From a virus, in IMG/VR virus record IMGVR_UViG_3300042447_000691: a stretch of DNA of 64,000 nucleotides; one strand, given 5' to 3'. Within the stretch, counting starts at the first letter, position 1. The number at the start of each line of letters is the position of its first letter. The notes under the pieces were generated by a model that was given only the letters and a program-made list of their open reading frames with translations, did no database searches and was not told the origin of the DNA. Positions 29,632-42,100 of this stretch are shown piece by piece. The translations under genes were made by a program, and so were the position numbers.

Positions 29632-32600
29632 ATGGAAAGCCCATTATCATTTAACTCTAGTGAAAATTTTAGAAAAAAATTACTTGTAAGGAATTTAAAA
29701 CCTTACAGGGTTGATGGTAATTTTGGCGATTACTCAAGCCCCGCAACATCAGAATTTAACCTAATTGATTTTTCAGTGATAGATTCACCTACCGTTGATG
29801 TGGTAGGAAACAACCAAGAAAAATATTTGTATAAACAAAACAAATATGGACCACAACAAACAAACTCAACTTACGGAGACACTATTACTATTAACAGAAA
29901 CTTAAATACAAGTACAAATTATGGTGAGTACGATTTTTCTGATAGTGTTGGAAGTAAGTTAGAAACCATTGGTGACTCACAAGAAAATTTATTATACGTA
30001 AAAAATCTTTATGGTCCTACAGAATATGGTACGTCTTACGGTAACGTCGTTAATGTGAATGTAACCCTTTTAAATAATAGTAATTTAGGTAATTACGGTT
30101 ACATACAAACAGTTGGATCAAAATTAGAATTAATTGGAGACACAAAAGAAACCGAACTAATTGTAAAGAACGTATATAAGCCAAACGATCAAAATAATTT
30201 TGGAGGAACGGTATGGTACATTAATAACGATAAAACCATATTTACAAACGGATCAGGACAATACTCAATTGTAGATACTGAAAATAGTGTGTTATCTCAA
30301 GTTGGTAACGTACAAGAAGTATCTCTAAGAATAAAAAACAAATACACACCAGACCAACAAGGTGATTTTGGTCCAACCAAATATACAATTAATAATGATT
30401 TAATTTTAGGGTCTAACGAGGGTGAATATAATTTTTTGGATACTGTTGGAAATAGTTTGGAAGTTATAGGTAAAGATGAAAAGATAAGACTTATAGTTAG
30501 AAATGAATACAGACCTGAAGGTGGCCAAAGTCAAACCGAAGTTTCTCCATTCACTCTAATACCTAGACCAATCGCATCTAAAGGTAATTACAATTATGGT
30601 GACACATTAAATAGTGATCTATTTTTAGAGGGTAAATTAGACAGACCACAACTTATTGGATTAAATCAATATGGACCTGATCAACCAAGAAGAGAACAAC
30701 CCGTAAATCAAAATAACCAAACAAACTCAAACGAAGGTGAGTATGGGTTCCCTGATACTGTTGAAAGTCCATTAGAACTAATAGGAGAGGTCAATTTAGA
30801 ACAACTAACAATTAATAGTTATAGACCCGAAACAAACAATTTAGGAATTGCTGATCCGAACATAAATTTACCTAAAAAACCAAACAAAGGAATTTATAAT
30901 TTTAATGATACAATAAATAGTGAGTTACAAATCGTGGGTACTTCAAAAGAAGGACAAGCATATGGAAAAAACAAATATGTTACAGGTACAGGAACTTATG
31001 AAGTTTTAACTATTGATGATTTACAAATTAAAACAATTGGAACAGCATATGCTGATGGATTAAAAACGTTAGGGTATATACCATCAACATACACCCCATA
31101 CAATATATTATTAGCCGATAACCCAACAGGGTCTAACGGTAAACTTTCACAAGATTCGGATTTGGCGAGTTTAGGTGCTAAACAACTACAAAGAGAGTTT
31201 AAACATAGAGTCGCCTTAGAACTTATATCTCAAACATTAGGTAGAGTAAACGCATTAACCTCAAGTGTTAATCCGGATAGTGGAGAAATTTCAGTAAAAC
31301 CAAACTTAGATCCGTTTAATGCTATTGGAATCTTGAGTGGGACTATACCTGTATTGGCTCGGAATTATAAAATTAGTTCACCACAAGGACTTATAGGTGA
31401 TGCCGTTGGGTTCGCAGCAAGACTTGCTGGTCTTTATTCACCGGTTTCTTTAATACCGGGTGAGTATTTTGATTATCCAAAAAGACGGTTATTAAATCAA
31501 CTAATTGAAAATCCAATAGCTCCGTTGGTTCAGGGAGTTTTAGGGGCGATAAGAAAATTAACAGGAGCCGATAGTAAAACCTCATCCGATTTATTTGTAA
31601 ATAACACATCTGAAGCAACTAAAAGTTTGTTGTATGATCAACTTTTTTATAACGAATATAGACCTGATTACCGACTAAACACTCCATTAAATCCAAATTT
31701 ATTTTCACCGGCACCAAATTATTATGTCGGGACAAGAAAGGGTCAGATAACTGAATTGGTTTCTCCGATTAGTGAACAAGCACAAGATAAAAACGGTGAT
31801 CCAAGTGGAGGTGCCGTTTTAAGTTATAGTAATATAGGAAAAGATTTTGAAGGACAAAAAATAACAGAAATATATACCGGATTTAACACTAGACCATACT
31901 ATGATGGTTTAAATGGTGTACAAGGAGGATTGACATGGATGTCAAAAAATAATTACATAGAAAAATACCAATTTGTCGGACCAGGAGGAAAAACGGTAAA
32001 CACGTTAGGTCAAGGGCTAGGTAAAGATAATACATTCTATCAAAGTAATGTTTTTGGTATTCAGTTTGATTCAACACAATCAACTAAAAACGACTTTACT
32101 AAAGGGTCTATTTTAGATATAACACAAAAATTAGTTGACGCTGGAAATAAATCCAGCATGAAATTAGAACATGTTGGTAATGCAATTAATCAATTATCTA
32201 AAGTTTTTAACGACGGATATGTAGAATTAACTAAAGGATCTAGGGTTGTTAGATACACAACAAAGACCTCAAGTCCAGCATCACCAGATGGTAAAGATGT
32301 TGTTGGTTATGAGTATTGTCGATTGTTTACCAAAGATAGACCATATATGACTTACGATGAGTTACAAAAAACTGATGGTAATATAAGAAAATACACAAAC
32401 TCCGTTTTAGATAAAACGTTTAATTTGAATATCGCACCAATTAGGGGTAACGAGTCAACAAACGTACAAAACGGTAAGGTAAAAAAATATATGTTATCTA
32501 TTGAAAATTTATCATGGAGAACATCGAACAAACCGGGATACACCTATGAAGATTTACCTGACTGTGAAAGAGGACCTTTTGGTGGTAGAATCATGTGGTT

Positions 32601-35600
32601 TCCACCTTATGAGTTAGATTTTGATGAAAGTATACAAGCCGGATGGACAGACCATACGTTTTTAGGTAGACCTGAACCGGTATATACCTACCAAAACACA
32701 AGTAGAAGTGGTAATATTGGTTTTAAAATAATTGTAGATAACCCATCAATAACAAATCTTTTAGTTGAAAAAGAATTACAAGAATTATCTAATAATTCTG
32801 AAGTATCTAAAGTATTAGATTCGTTTTTTGCTGGATGTTTAAAATATGATATTTACGATTTAGCAAAAAGATATAGACAATTTACACTAAAAGATATTTT
32901 TGACACCGTAAGTTATTTAGATGATGAAGAGGTTGATAAATTAACTGAAGTTTTACCTGCTGAGAATGTTGACGGAGACCCTGTTGTCGTTAATGACTAC
33001 AGCGTACCAAGTGCCACAACCAGTGCAACGACTGCAACAACCGCATCAACTGCAACAACCGCATCAACAGTTACGGAATTTAATTTAGTTGAACCTATAG
33101 TGTATTTTAGAAATGACTATCCAGATCCTAAAACAACTAATGAGACAACAACAAAAAATATAAAAGACTTGTTTGACGATTATAAAACAAAAAGAGACTC
33201 ATATAAGAAAAACAGTCTTAAAAAGATTATAAAGTACAACGATGCAACATATAAAGATTATACAAGTACAATCACTTCGTTACCTAATGCATCAACACAA
33301 ACATGGTTAACTGAATATATTGACTGTAGAGAGGAATCGATGGATGCGTTTTTTGATTATGCGGAAACCGAATTTAAACAACTTCAAAATTTCTTAACCG
33401 AATTATCGAAAGCACTAAAATCGGGATCTGAAATTAAATTTAAATTGATTGGATCAGCATCTGCAATTACAACGGATACCTATAATGTGTCACTATCAAA
33501 AAGAAGAATAGATTCTGTTTTAAATTATATAAAACAATTTGCTTATGATGGACAAACTTTAGAAACGTACATTAAAAATAAAAAATTAACTATAGAACAA
33601 GACGCTAAAGGGGAAGAAGAAACGATTCAAGACGCTAAATATAAATCTATAAGTTGTACAAAAGAATTTCTTACAATAGGACAAGAGGGTGTGTTTTCAA
33701 TAAACGCCATGGCTTGTAGAAGAGTTAGGGTTTCAGATATTGTTATTACTAATCCACAACCACAAAAAACTGAAGAGGACAAATCAAAAAATGAAGTACA
33801 AAAAGAAATAGAAAAGGCGGAATTTGTTTTACCAGCAAAAGAAGAAGATGACGAAAAAAAAGATACGCAAAATTTAAAAATAACAGAAAAAAGAAAAGTA
33901 CAAAGAAAAAGAGGAGAACCAAGAAAAGACCTAACAAAAAAATTATTAAGAAAATTACTTACAGAATGTAATTATTTTGATTTGGTGAAACAATCTAATC
34001 CCATGATTTATGATGGGATAAAAGAAAAAATAAAATATTTCCAACCAGCATTCCATTCAATTACTCCTGAAGGTCTTAATTCTCGTTTAGTATTTTTACA
34101 ACAATGTATGAGACCTGGAGACACTATACCTACAGTTAGTGAAGTGAACGGTGGTAGCACCACTTTAGTTTATGATGATGTAATAAATAGTGTATTTGGT
34201 GCCCCTCCTATTTGCGTTTTAAGGGTTGGTGATTTTTGGCATACAAAAGTTGTTTTTGATTCTTTAAGTATAACATACGACGATTCTTTATTAGACTTAA
34301 ACCCTGAAGGTATTGGAGTTCAACCGATGATCGCCACAGTAAAAATGGGATTTAATTTTATTGGTGGACACGGTTTGGCTGAACCTGTTGCAAAACTTCA
34401 AAACGCACTTTCATTTAATTATTATGCGAATACTGAAATGTATGATGAAAGAGCAGAAGCAACTGAAGATGTAACGTCAAAATACGACGCAGAACTTTTA
34501 AAAAGTATTAAAGACGAATTAGGTATTATTGATAACTTTAATAGACCAGCAACTAATGATGGTGGTGTAACTATAGGTGCTATTACTAGTAATTATTTTG
34601 ATCCGGATACGGGAATAATTACTGGAGATATAAACTATAAAGACATTATGAAAGACATAACGGTTAAAACTAAGTCTTATGCTAACACAACCGTTAACTC
34701 TCTTGAGACTTTATATAGTAAACAATTACTTGGCGGTATATCGATCTTAACTGACGAAAGAAAATACTCAAAAGGGTATTTTGATTACTTGAGCGGTAAC
34801 ACGAGTAGTGGAGCAACCATTTTTGGTAAAAGTGAAAAGATACAACCAAAAGTTGATAATCTATTTGAAAAAATAAAACAAGACATTGAAATTGAAACAA
34901 TTCCAATTCTTAGAGGAATGGCAACACAAGGGTTTACAAAAGATGATATTAGAAAAATTAAAAATAAACTTAAGCAAATGGCTGAAGCACTTAAACAATT
35001 ATATTTGTCAGATCTTGAAACGGCCAACGCCACGATAGTTAAAGATGAACTTCCATTAATACGATTAGTAGATCAAATAAATTATGTTGCTGATACAACA
35101 GACGGATATATTAATAAAATGGGTGGGGTGGTTGTTTATGGTATATCAGGAACATCAAAAGTTAATGTAAGTAGTGTCGGTGTTACGAACACTATTAATG
35201 AACTTAAACAAGACTTCTTTAAGATTTGTTCTGATTTAAACGAATTAGATACAAAACTGAGTGTTAATATAATACCAACAACATCCAAGACAAAATATAA
35301 TGAAAATTTTAGCAACGATATTGGGTTAGAGACAACAGGATTAGTAGGTGTTGAAAACAGATGTTTTATGGTTTTTGGTAAATCAATTTTAGAAGATCCT
35401 GTTAAGTTTATAACTACGGTTACTGAACCAGTTAAAAATACACCAACGGACATTAATTGGCAACCATTTATTTCAAAAAACGTTGGGTGGGTAACGGAGT
35501 TAAATTTGGCGACAGGTCAATTTAAAAATGAACCGGCAACTACCGGATTATACCCTGACTATAAAAAATCAAAAACAAAAACGGACGAGTATTGGAAAAC

Positions 35601-35787
35601 GTTTAAAGATAGTTACTACACTAATAAATTTACAAATTATATTCCATATAATTTAGACAAGACAAGACAAATGACATACTCTAAAATACTAAGTCCGGCG
35701 GATGTTCAACAAACTAATTTAAAAGACATCTACTCAACTGTTAACTCAACATGGGATAAATTTAACCTTAAAAATACATTAAACTAA
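29632..35787 (+). CDS. Giant baseplate/tube-initiator protein (two gp48/gp54-like domains, OmpA-like insert, N-terminal repeats)
   Basis: MWFPPY...FLGRPEPVYTYQNTSRSG and PPICVLRVGD...SLSITY segments; position after TMP. Confidence 0.65.
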   Translation: MESPLSFNSSENFRKKLLVRNLKPYRVDGNFGDYSSPATSEFNLIDFSVIDSPTVDVVGNNQEKYLYKQNKYGPQQTNSTYGDTITINRNLNTSTNYGEYDFSDSVGSKLETIGDSQENLLYVKNLYGPTEYGTSYGNVVNVNVTLLNNSNLGNYGYIQTVGSKLELIGDTKETELIVKNVYKPNDQNNFGGTVWYINNDKTIFTNGSGQYSIVDTENSVLSQVGNVQEVSLRIKNKYTPDQQGDFGPTKYTINNDLILGSNEGEYNFLDTVGNSLEVIGKDEKIRLIVRNEYRPEGGQSQTEVSPFTLIPRPIASKGNYNYGDTLNSDLFLEGKLDRPQLIGLNQYGPDQPRREQPVNQNNQTNSNEGEYGFPDTVESPLELIGEVNLEQLTINSYRPETNNLGIADPNINLPKKPNKGIYNFNDTINSELQIVGTSKEGQAYGKNKYVTGTGTYEVLTIDDLQIKTIGTAYADGLKTLGYIPSTYTPYNILLADNPTGSNGKLSQDSDLASLGAKQLQREFKHRVALELISQTLGRVNALTSSVNPDSGEISVKPNLDPFNAIGILSGTIPVLARNYKISSPQGLIGDAVGFAARLAGLYSPVSLIPGEYFDYPKRRLLNQLIENPIAPLVQGVLGAIRKLTGADSKTSSDLFVNNTSEATKSLLYDQLFYNEYRPDYRLNTPLNPNLFSPAPNYYVGTRKGQITELVSPISEQAQDKNGDPSGGAVLSYSNIGKDFEGQKITEIYTGFNTRPYYDGLNGVQGGLTWMSKNNYIEKYQFVGPGGKTVNTLGQGLGKDNTFYQSNVFGIQFDSTQSTKNDFTKGSILDITQKLVDAGNKSSMKLEHVGNAINQLSKVFNDGYVELTKGSRVVRYTTKTSSPASPDGKDVVGYEYCRLFTKDRPYMTYDELQKTDGNIRKYTNSVLDKTFNLNIAPIRGNESTNVQNGKVKKYMLSIENLSWRTSNKPGYTYEDLPDCERGPFGGRIMWFPPYELDFDESIQAGWTDHTFLGRPEPVYTYQNTSRSGNIGFKIIVDNPSITNLLVEKELQELSNNSEVSKVLDSFFAGCLKYDIYDLAKRYRQFTLKDIFDTVSYLDDEEVDKLTEVLPAENVDGDPVVVNDYSVPSATTSATTATTASTATTASTVTEFNLVEPIVYFRNDYPDPKTTNETTTKNIKDLFDDYKTKRDSYKKNSLKKIIKYNDATYKDYTSTITSLPNASTQTWLTEYIDCREESMDAFFDYAETEFKQLQNFLTELSKALKSGSEIKFKLIGSASAITTDTYNVSLSKRRIDSVLNYIKQFAYDGQTLETYIKNKKLTIEQDAKGEEETIQDAKYKSISCTKEFLTIGQEGVFSINAMACRRVRVSDIVITNPQPQKTEEDKSKNEVQKEIEKAEFVLPAKEEDDEKKDTQNLKITEKRKVQRKRGEPRKDLTKKLLRKLLTECNYFDLVKQSNPMIYDGIKEKIKYFQPAFHSITPEGLNSRLVFLQQCMRPGDTIPTVSEVNGGSTTLVYDDVINSVFGAPPICVLRVGDFWHTKVVFDSLSITYDDSLLDLNPEGIGVQPMIATVKMGFNFIGGHGLAEPVAKLQNALSFNYYANTEMYDERAEATEDVTSKYDAELLKSIKDELGIIDNFNRPATNDGGVTIGAITSNYFDPDTGIITGDINYKDIMKDITVKTKSYANTTVNSLETLYSKQLLGGISILTDERKYSKGYFDYLSGNTSSGATIFGKSEKIQPKVDNLFEKIKQDIEIETIPILRGMATQGFTKDDIRKIKNKLKQMAEALKQLYLSDLETANATIVKDELPLIRLVDQINYVADTTDGYINKMGGVVVYGISGTSKVNVSSVGVTNTINELKQDFFKICSDLNELDTKLSVNIIPTTSKTKYNENFSNDIGLETTGLVGVENRCFMVFGKSILEDPVKFITTVTEPVKNTPTDINWQPFISKNVGWVTELNLATGQFKNEPATTGLYPDYKKSKTKTDEYWKTFKDSYYTNKFTNYIPYNLDKTRQMTYSKILSPADVQQTNLKDIYSTVNSTWDKFNLKNTLN

Positions 35788-35788
35788 T

Positions 35789-36109
35789 ATGTCACAATAT
35801 TATAACAGATACGAAAACTTTTTAATAAACGGACAACAAACGGTTGTGCCTTTTTTACAATTACCACAAAGAGTAAGTGACCAAAAATATATCTATAGAA
35901 CAGGACAAAGTAGGTTAGATAAAATAAGTTATGAGAAATACGGCACACCATATTTTGGATGGTTAATTCAAATGGCTAACCCACTATACGGAGGTTTAGA
36001 GACTGATATTCCTAACGGAACCATTTTAATTATACCTTTTCCATTAATTGCTGCGTTGCAAGACTACAAAAGTGCGTTAGATACACATATTTTTTATTAT
36101 GGCAGGTAA
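35789..36109 (+). CDS. Baseplate wedge gp53/LysM-like protein
   Basis: RLDKISYEKYGTPYFGWLI..ANP...IP.GTILIIP. Confidence 0.8.
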   Translation: MSQYYNRYENFLINGQQTVVPFLQLPQRVSDQKYIYRTGQSRLDKISYEKYGTPYFGWLIQMANPLYGGLETDIPNGTILIIPFPLIAALQDYKSALDTHIFYYGR

Positions 36110-39100
36110 ACAAACTAAAAACGTTTTTATTGAAACACAATACGACAATATTGTTTTAATAGACCCAAATAAATTGTCGGACACGGAAGGTAAAGGAGTA
36201 TCTCGATTGGTTGACCACGAGGATTTGGTTTATTATGCAAATTTAGAAACGTTTATTATACCAAGAACAAAACTTGCGATAGGTGAAAGTTTTGACAATA
36301 GTGTTGTTAATACAACTATTGCTAGTTTGACCAGTGATACGGATCTTAAAATAAACTTTTTACAACCAAAAGGTAAGAAAGCCTTTGATACAAGTTGGTC
36401 GGATCAATTTACAGGTAAAGAATCAAGACAAGGACAATCATCAAATCAAAAATTTGAAAATAATACAACAAGAAACGGACGACCAACATACGTTAATAGA
36501 GTAGAAAAGTTTGAGGACACTCAAATCTTAGGTATTAAAACAATTAATGTTACTGTTGCTGCTATGGGAGTACCAAAGGTTACCATAGAAATGGTTGACG
36601 TTCAAGGGAAGATGTTATTTGAACAAGGTGAAAATTCAATGTATTCGGTATTTTTTACTTTTCCCTACCCAATTTTTTATTTAACACTTAAAGGGTATTA
36701 TGGTAAGGCTATTAGATATAGGTTATCTTTAGTTAGTTTTAATTCTAAGTATGATAGTGGTAGTGGAAATTTTAATATTACATTAGAACTTATAGGTAAA
36801 TTTACGGCATTGTTGTTTGACACACCATTAAGTTATGGTAGGACGGCACCTAAAATGTTTCCTGCCCAAGTTACTGTAAGAAATAATACACAATCTACCG
36901 ATACAACAATAGTTGAAACAACGAGGGGTCAAATTATTTTAGATGAGGTTTATGACACATATAAAAGAAAAAAATTAATACCTGAAGATTTTCCACCATA
37001 CACAATAGACACATTTATAACTGCGGTATCTAGTTATGAGACTAAACTTTTGGCTAGTATAAAAGAAGGTGATTTTGCGGTTTTAAACGACGTACAAAGA
37101 TTTAGAGAGATATTGACAGACCTTAAAGTGACTGTATATACAAACGCTAAAAAAAATTATTTGGATGGGGGGGCTTTTTATGTGTATGAAAATAAAAAAT
37201 ATTACCCATTTAGGAAGTCAATAAGTTTGGCTGACAGAGAAAAGTATAAAGCATTAACTGAAGAAAGAATTACATATTTTATCGAAGAGTTAAGAAAAAA
37301 CAAAACATTTGGAGAGAACGGGAAATATAAAAAGTCGGACGGGAACTCATTATCAACAGAGATTAATGTTTGGTCTAAAATACGAGGTAAAGGATCGGTA
37401 ATAAAAGTTTTTCCATTGCAACAATGGTTTGAAAGTAAAAACGACATCAATAATACACAATACTATAGGACCGGTAGAAAACTAGATTTAACCACAACTG
37501 AGGGTCAAAACCAATTAACAAAATTTATTAATGACGAAAGAACTATTGCTCCCGGAAAAGTTTTAGATTTAATAACAAATCAATTAGTGGACGAACCGTT
37601 AGACATGTATTATTTTGGAGACAAAAGATTTGATGACGGGGTGTATGAAACTAACAGTTTTTTAGATATAGTAAACGACGCATTAAAACAACTTGAGGTT
37701 AAAGAAACTCAAATCGATGATGATTTATCTAAAATTTTAGCCGATAGAGTAGTTAACAGTAAATCTGGAATAGGGTTTAAACCAACAATAAGAAACATAT
37801 TTGCAATACTTTTTGCGGGTGTTGATACCTTCTATCGACTAATGGAAGAGACACATCAAAATGCGTGGGACGTAAGAACAAATACACAAAGATTGTTATC
37901 TGTAATTCCACCCGAAAAAAACTTCTCAACTGATGGTTTAAATAGTATACAAAAGGAAAGTGGGCAGTTAAATAATGAGAATATTGTTTATCCGTGGCCA
38001 TTATACTTTACAAAAGAAAGAAAAGATAATGGTAGTGAACAATATACACTTCAGTATCCAGGAGACCAAAAAATTATTAATCAAACACAAGGTTGGAATA
38101 CACAGATTTGGCCTGAAGTATATTTTGTTGAGGAATTTATAAAGGCGTCTTTAACTAAAGAAACTTTAACTAAAACGAACATATTTAATAATCCAAAATC
38201 AGATACCACTTTAGCTAGCCCAAATGCGTTATTTTTTCCTTTTTATACTTTACCATATGAGAATGTGGATTCTGTGTCTGTTATGTATGAAATTTTAGAA
38301 AGAGCCATCATAAATTCTGAATATAATCGATTTGATTATGAGGAAGCGGAAAAACAACAAATTGATTTATTATTTGCAAACATTGAAGGACAAAATGTTG
38401 TTACATCAATATCGTCAAGTTTAGAACTTCAAAACTTATTAAGAGAGTATAAATTTAACTATAATAATTTTTTAGAATTTTTAAAAAAAATATCTAATAA
38501 TGGTGTCGGACAAAGTTGGATAAACTACACGAGGAACATTTTTAACAATCAATATATTATAGAATCTTTAAACGAACAAAAAGAAATTTATAGTATAGAA
38601 ACGATCAAACCAACAACATCATTAACAATATCAACCGACGATTTATACTTGTCTAAAAACTTAAAAAACTATTTAGAAAGTACTAAAACTTCTAAGTCTG
38701 ATGTTTTTGATACATTCCCATTTAATAATTTTAATTGGATGAAATCTAATTTATCGAATGGGGCATCTTTAAATGCTAAAGAAGATTTCTACGATACGAC
38801 AAAAACTTTTATCTATTTAGCCGATAAAAAAACCATTGCTAGGTTAGATCAAACAGAAACAAAAACAGGAATACAACCCTTTACGTCAAAATATTCATTT
38901 GGAAATTCACTACAACCTTATTTAAGTAACGTAACAAATGGTATAAAAATATTTGATAAGCAATCATTAAAACAATACTTTACCGATAGGAAACAAAAAG
39001 ATCTTTATTTTACTGAGTCTTACGTTGATTATGGTAACTCATATTCAGGAGGTGTTGGAACACAAATACAAACAACCTCATTATTAAATACACCGTATTT

Positions 39101-42100
39101 TATTAATGCTATTTTACAGGGTGTAGATAAAGAGACTAACGAAGAAGAAGATGCGTACGTACCTTTAGGTTATTTATATTTAAATTCCTTACCTTTAATT
39201 ACAACTAAAGAAAGACTTAAAAGTTTTGATACAAATAACGTAGCGACTGATTTAGATTACTTAGCTGCTACCATTAAAAAATATTCAGCAATACACCAAA
39301 TGCCGTATGCGTGGGTATTGAAATACGGATCAATATGGCACAGATATAAAAAATACACATCGAGCGGTGTGGATATTTTAGATAGTGTGTGGAAAGATTT
39401 TGACTATAAAGTTAATTACGACCCAACAACTTCAGCAACAACAAAACAATATGTGATACCTAATTACACAGGAGGACAAGAAACGATATTTTTAGAAAAA
39501 ACGGAAACAATACCAAATGTTACAGGTAAGACGGTGGATTTTATAAACACAGGTTTTTACCCTAATGTAATTAACAGTGTTTATAAATTTATTACTAAAA
39601 AAGATTTATTTAGTGGATACACTCAGGATGCGTTCTTTAAAACCTATACCGACAATGGATTTAGAATTGGTAAAAATAACCTATCAAAAACATTCTTTAA
39701 TTTTGGATTTGATCCTAATAATCCGAACAGATCTTTATTAAAGACAAACTATTACCAATATTTAGACTCTGAAAATAACTCAGACTTTAAGTCTAAATTA
39801 TATTTTATATTCCCATCAATGGGAGGTATACCATTTGATCAATCAATATATGAAACAACAGATAGTACAAATAAATTAATAAAAGAATTATCAGGTAACA
39901 CTTCAGTATACAATGGATCCGTCAGAACATTATGGGGGGCACCTCATTTTGGTTATTTTGACCACACATTAATTAAAAAACCAAAACCAACCGAATACCT
40001 TAAAACTATTAACACTCAATCTGTTGAACAAAACTCTTTTGATTTAAAGAATGCGACATCAGAATATTCATACATAGATGAAATACTTTCAATCTTTAAC
40101 GTGGATATGTTAAATAAGTTTGAAGAATCGTTTTTAAGTTTTTGTAATTACAAACCTAGTGCTGATAAATTAATACTAAAAGGTGAGGTACAAGCACCAT
40201 CATATACACAATCAAACGTTATTAAAGATTTAAAAAATAGGAGACTATTTAGTCAAATGACTCAACTATTTTTGATAGGTAAAACGAGTGTCACATTGAC
40301 TGATGAAAATACGGATGGTTTATCTTTAGGACAAAAACAAATTGTTAGTTTTACAGAATCCGTTAAAAACTTTTTAAGTTTTGATTGTATTATAAAAAAT
40401 GCTAATCCTGGATTTTTTAGTATGCCGTTGTTTAGTTCGTTCTCATCACTTAAAAACTTTGTTCCAAACAATAAGTTAACTTTTGATCCATACGTTAAAG
40501 GGTCTTTACCTGGTGACGGAACAACAACAACTCTAAGTCAAAGTATATCACAAAATAAAGATGCATGGGAATCTTTAAGAACTTATGTTGGATTCTCATC
40601 AATACCTGGTGTGGATTTCCAAACCCAAGTTCAAACACAGTACCCATCAACAAGTTTATTAACTCCGACACAAACACAAACACAACAACCAATACAAGCA
40701 CCAATACAAAATACGAGTATTATGTCAGGACAAACAATGCAAAACCTTTGTACTGGTGATTATTTTAATGTTGTTGATCCTGACGACGTTAGTGATTTCG
40801 GAATGTATCAAGACGACAAAATTGTATATTTGGAATTAACCGATCAAGGAGGTGTTAATAAAAACTTCTGTGCAAAAAAAGTACCAAATAGTGCTTCAAC
40901 TATAACTTATAATTTATTGTTGGATCATGGATTCTCAAATGACAACTTAGGAGGTTTAAGTGAAGGTTCGTACTGTTTATCATATTTTAGCCAAAACTTA
41001 AATTGCCCACAAAATAACCAATTAAATCAAATTAGTTTAAAGTTTGTTGGTGAGTCTGGAACAATACTACCAACTGAACCAACAGAAACATATAATCAAT
41101 ATATAAATGTGGAAAAACCTGGTGGAGGATATCAAGTATTCAAAATTGAGGATTCAGCATTTAATTATAGTGGAAAAGTGGAATCAATAAAATTCTTTAA
41201 ATCTAATAGTGATATTAATAACCCTGCAAATTTATTAAACACAAGTTGTAATAGTGGTATTTTTTATAACTTTTCTAATTATTGTAAGATAAATCAAAGT
41301 AATTCTGGTAATTACCAAATTGTTGTGACTTACTACCCCGATGGACCAAACAATAAAACAAATAAATTATACCTTACCACTCAAGTAAGTTTAGGATCAC
41401 AACCACAAAATAGCGTACCCGCGGTTACTAATCCACAACCGGCACCACAACCGGCATCTCAGTCAACACAAGCAACGCAAGCAACACCACCACAAACACA
41501 AAGGTCTTATATTACTGATTTCTTTATTGATATGGATATTGACTTTACTTCGGATAACGTTAAAACGTTAGCAACATTAATTAAAATTTACGCAACCAAA
41601 AAACAAGAAACACCAACATATAATAAAGGACAATTTAATCAAACAATAAATGATATTTTAAATAACCAACTATCGTTCAAAGAAAAACTACTAAATAAAA
41701 CGTTCGCGTTTATAAATAAAAATACACCAAAAATAACTGTAGAGACACAAAACCAAATTGATAATTCATCAATTAGTAGTGATCCAACTAAACTTACAAC
41801 ATATAATCTATTAAAAGGGTTTAACGATAAGTGGGTATCTGGTTCTGATTTAAAAACAAGAACGTTGTTTGAAGATTTTTTATTTTTAGATCAAACTAAT
41901 AGTGATATTGGAGATTCGTTTATTGTTGACGTAAACCAAGTTAAAGATAGAATTGAAAAAAATCCAAAACAAAATATGATGCAAATCGTAAGTTGGATAT
42001 TGAACGACAACTATTTCCAATTCTTTGCGATGCCAGCGTATATAAATTTTTATGGAATCCAAAAACAAATAGGTGAAAATGTACCAAAACAAGATATTAC

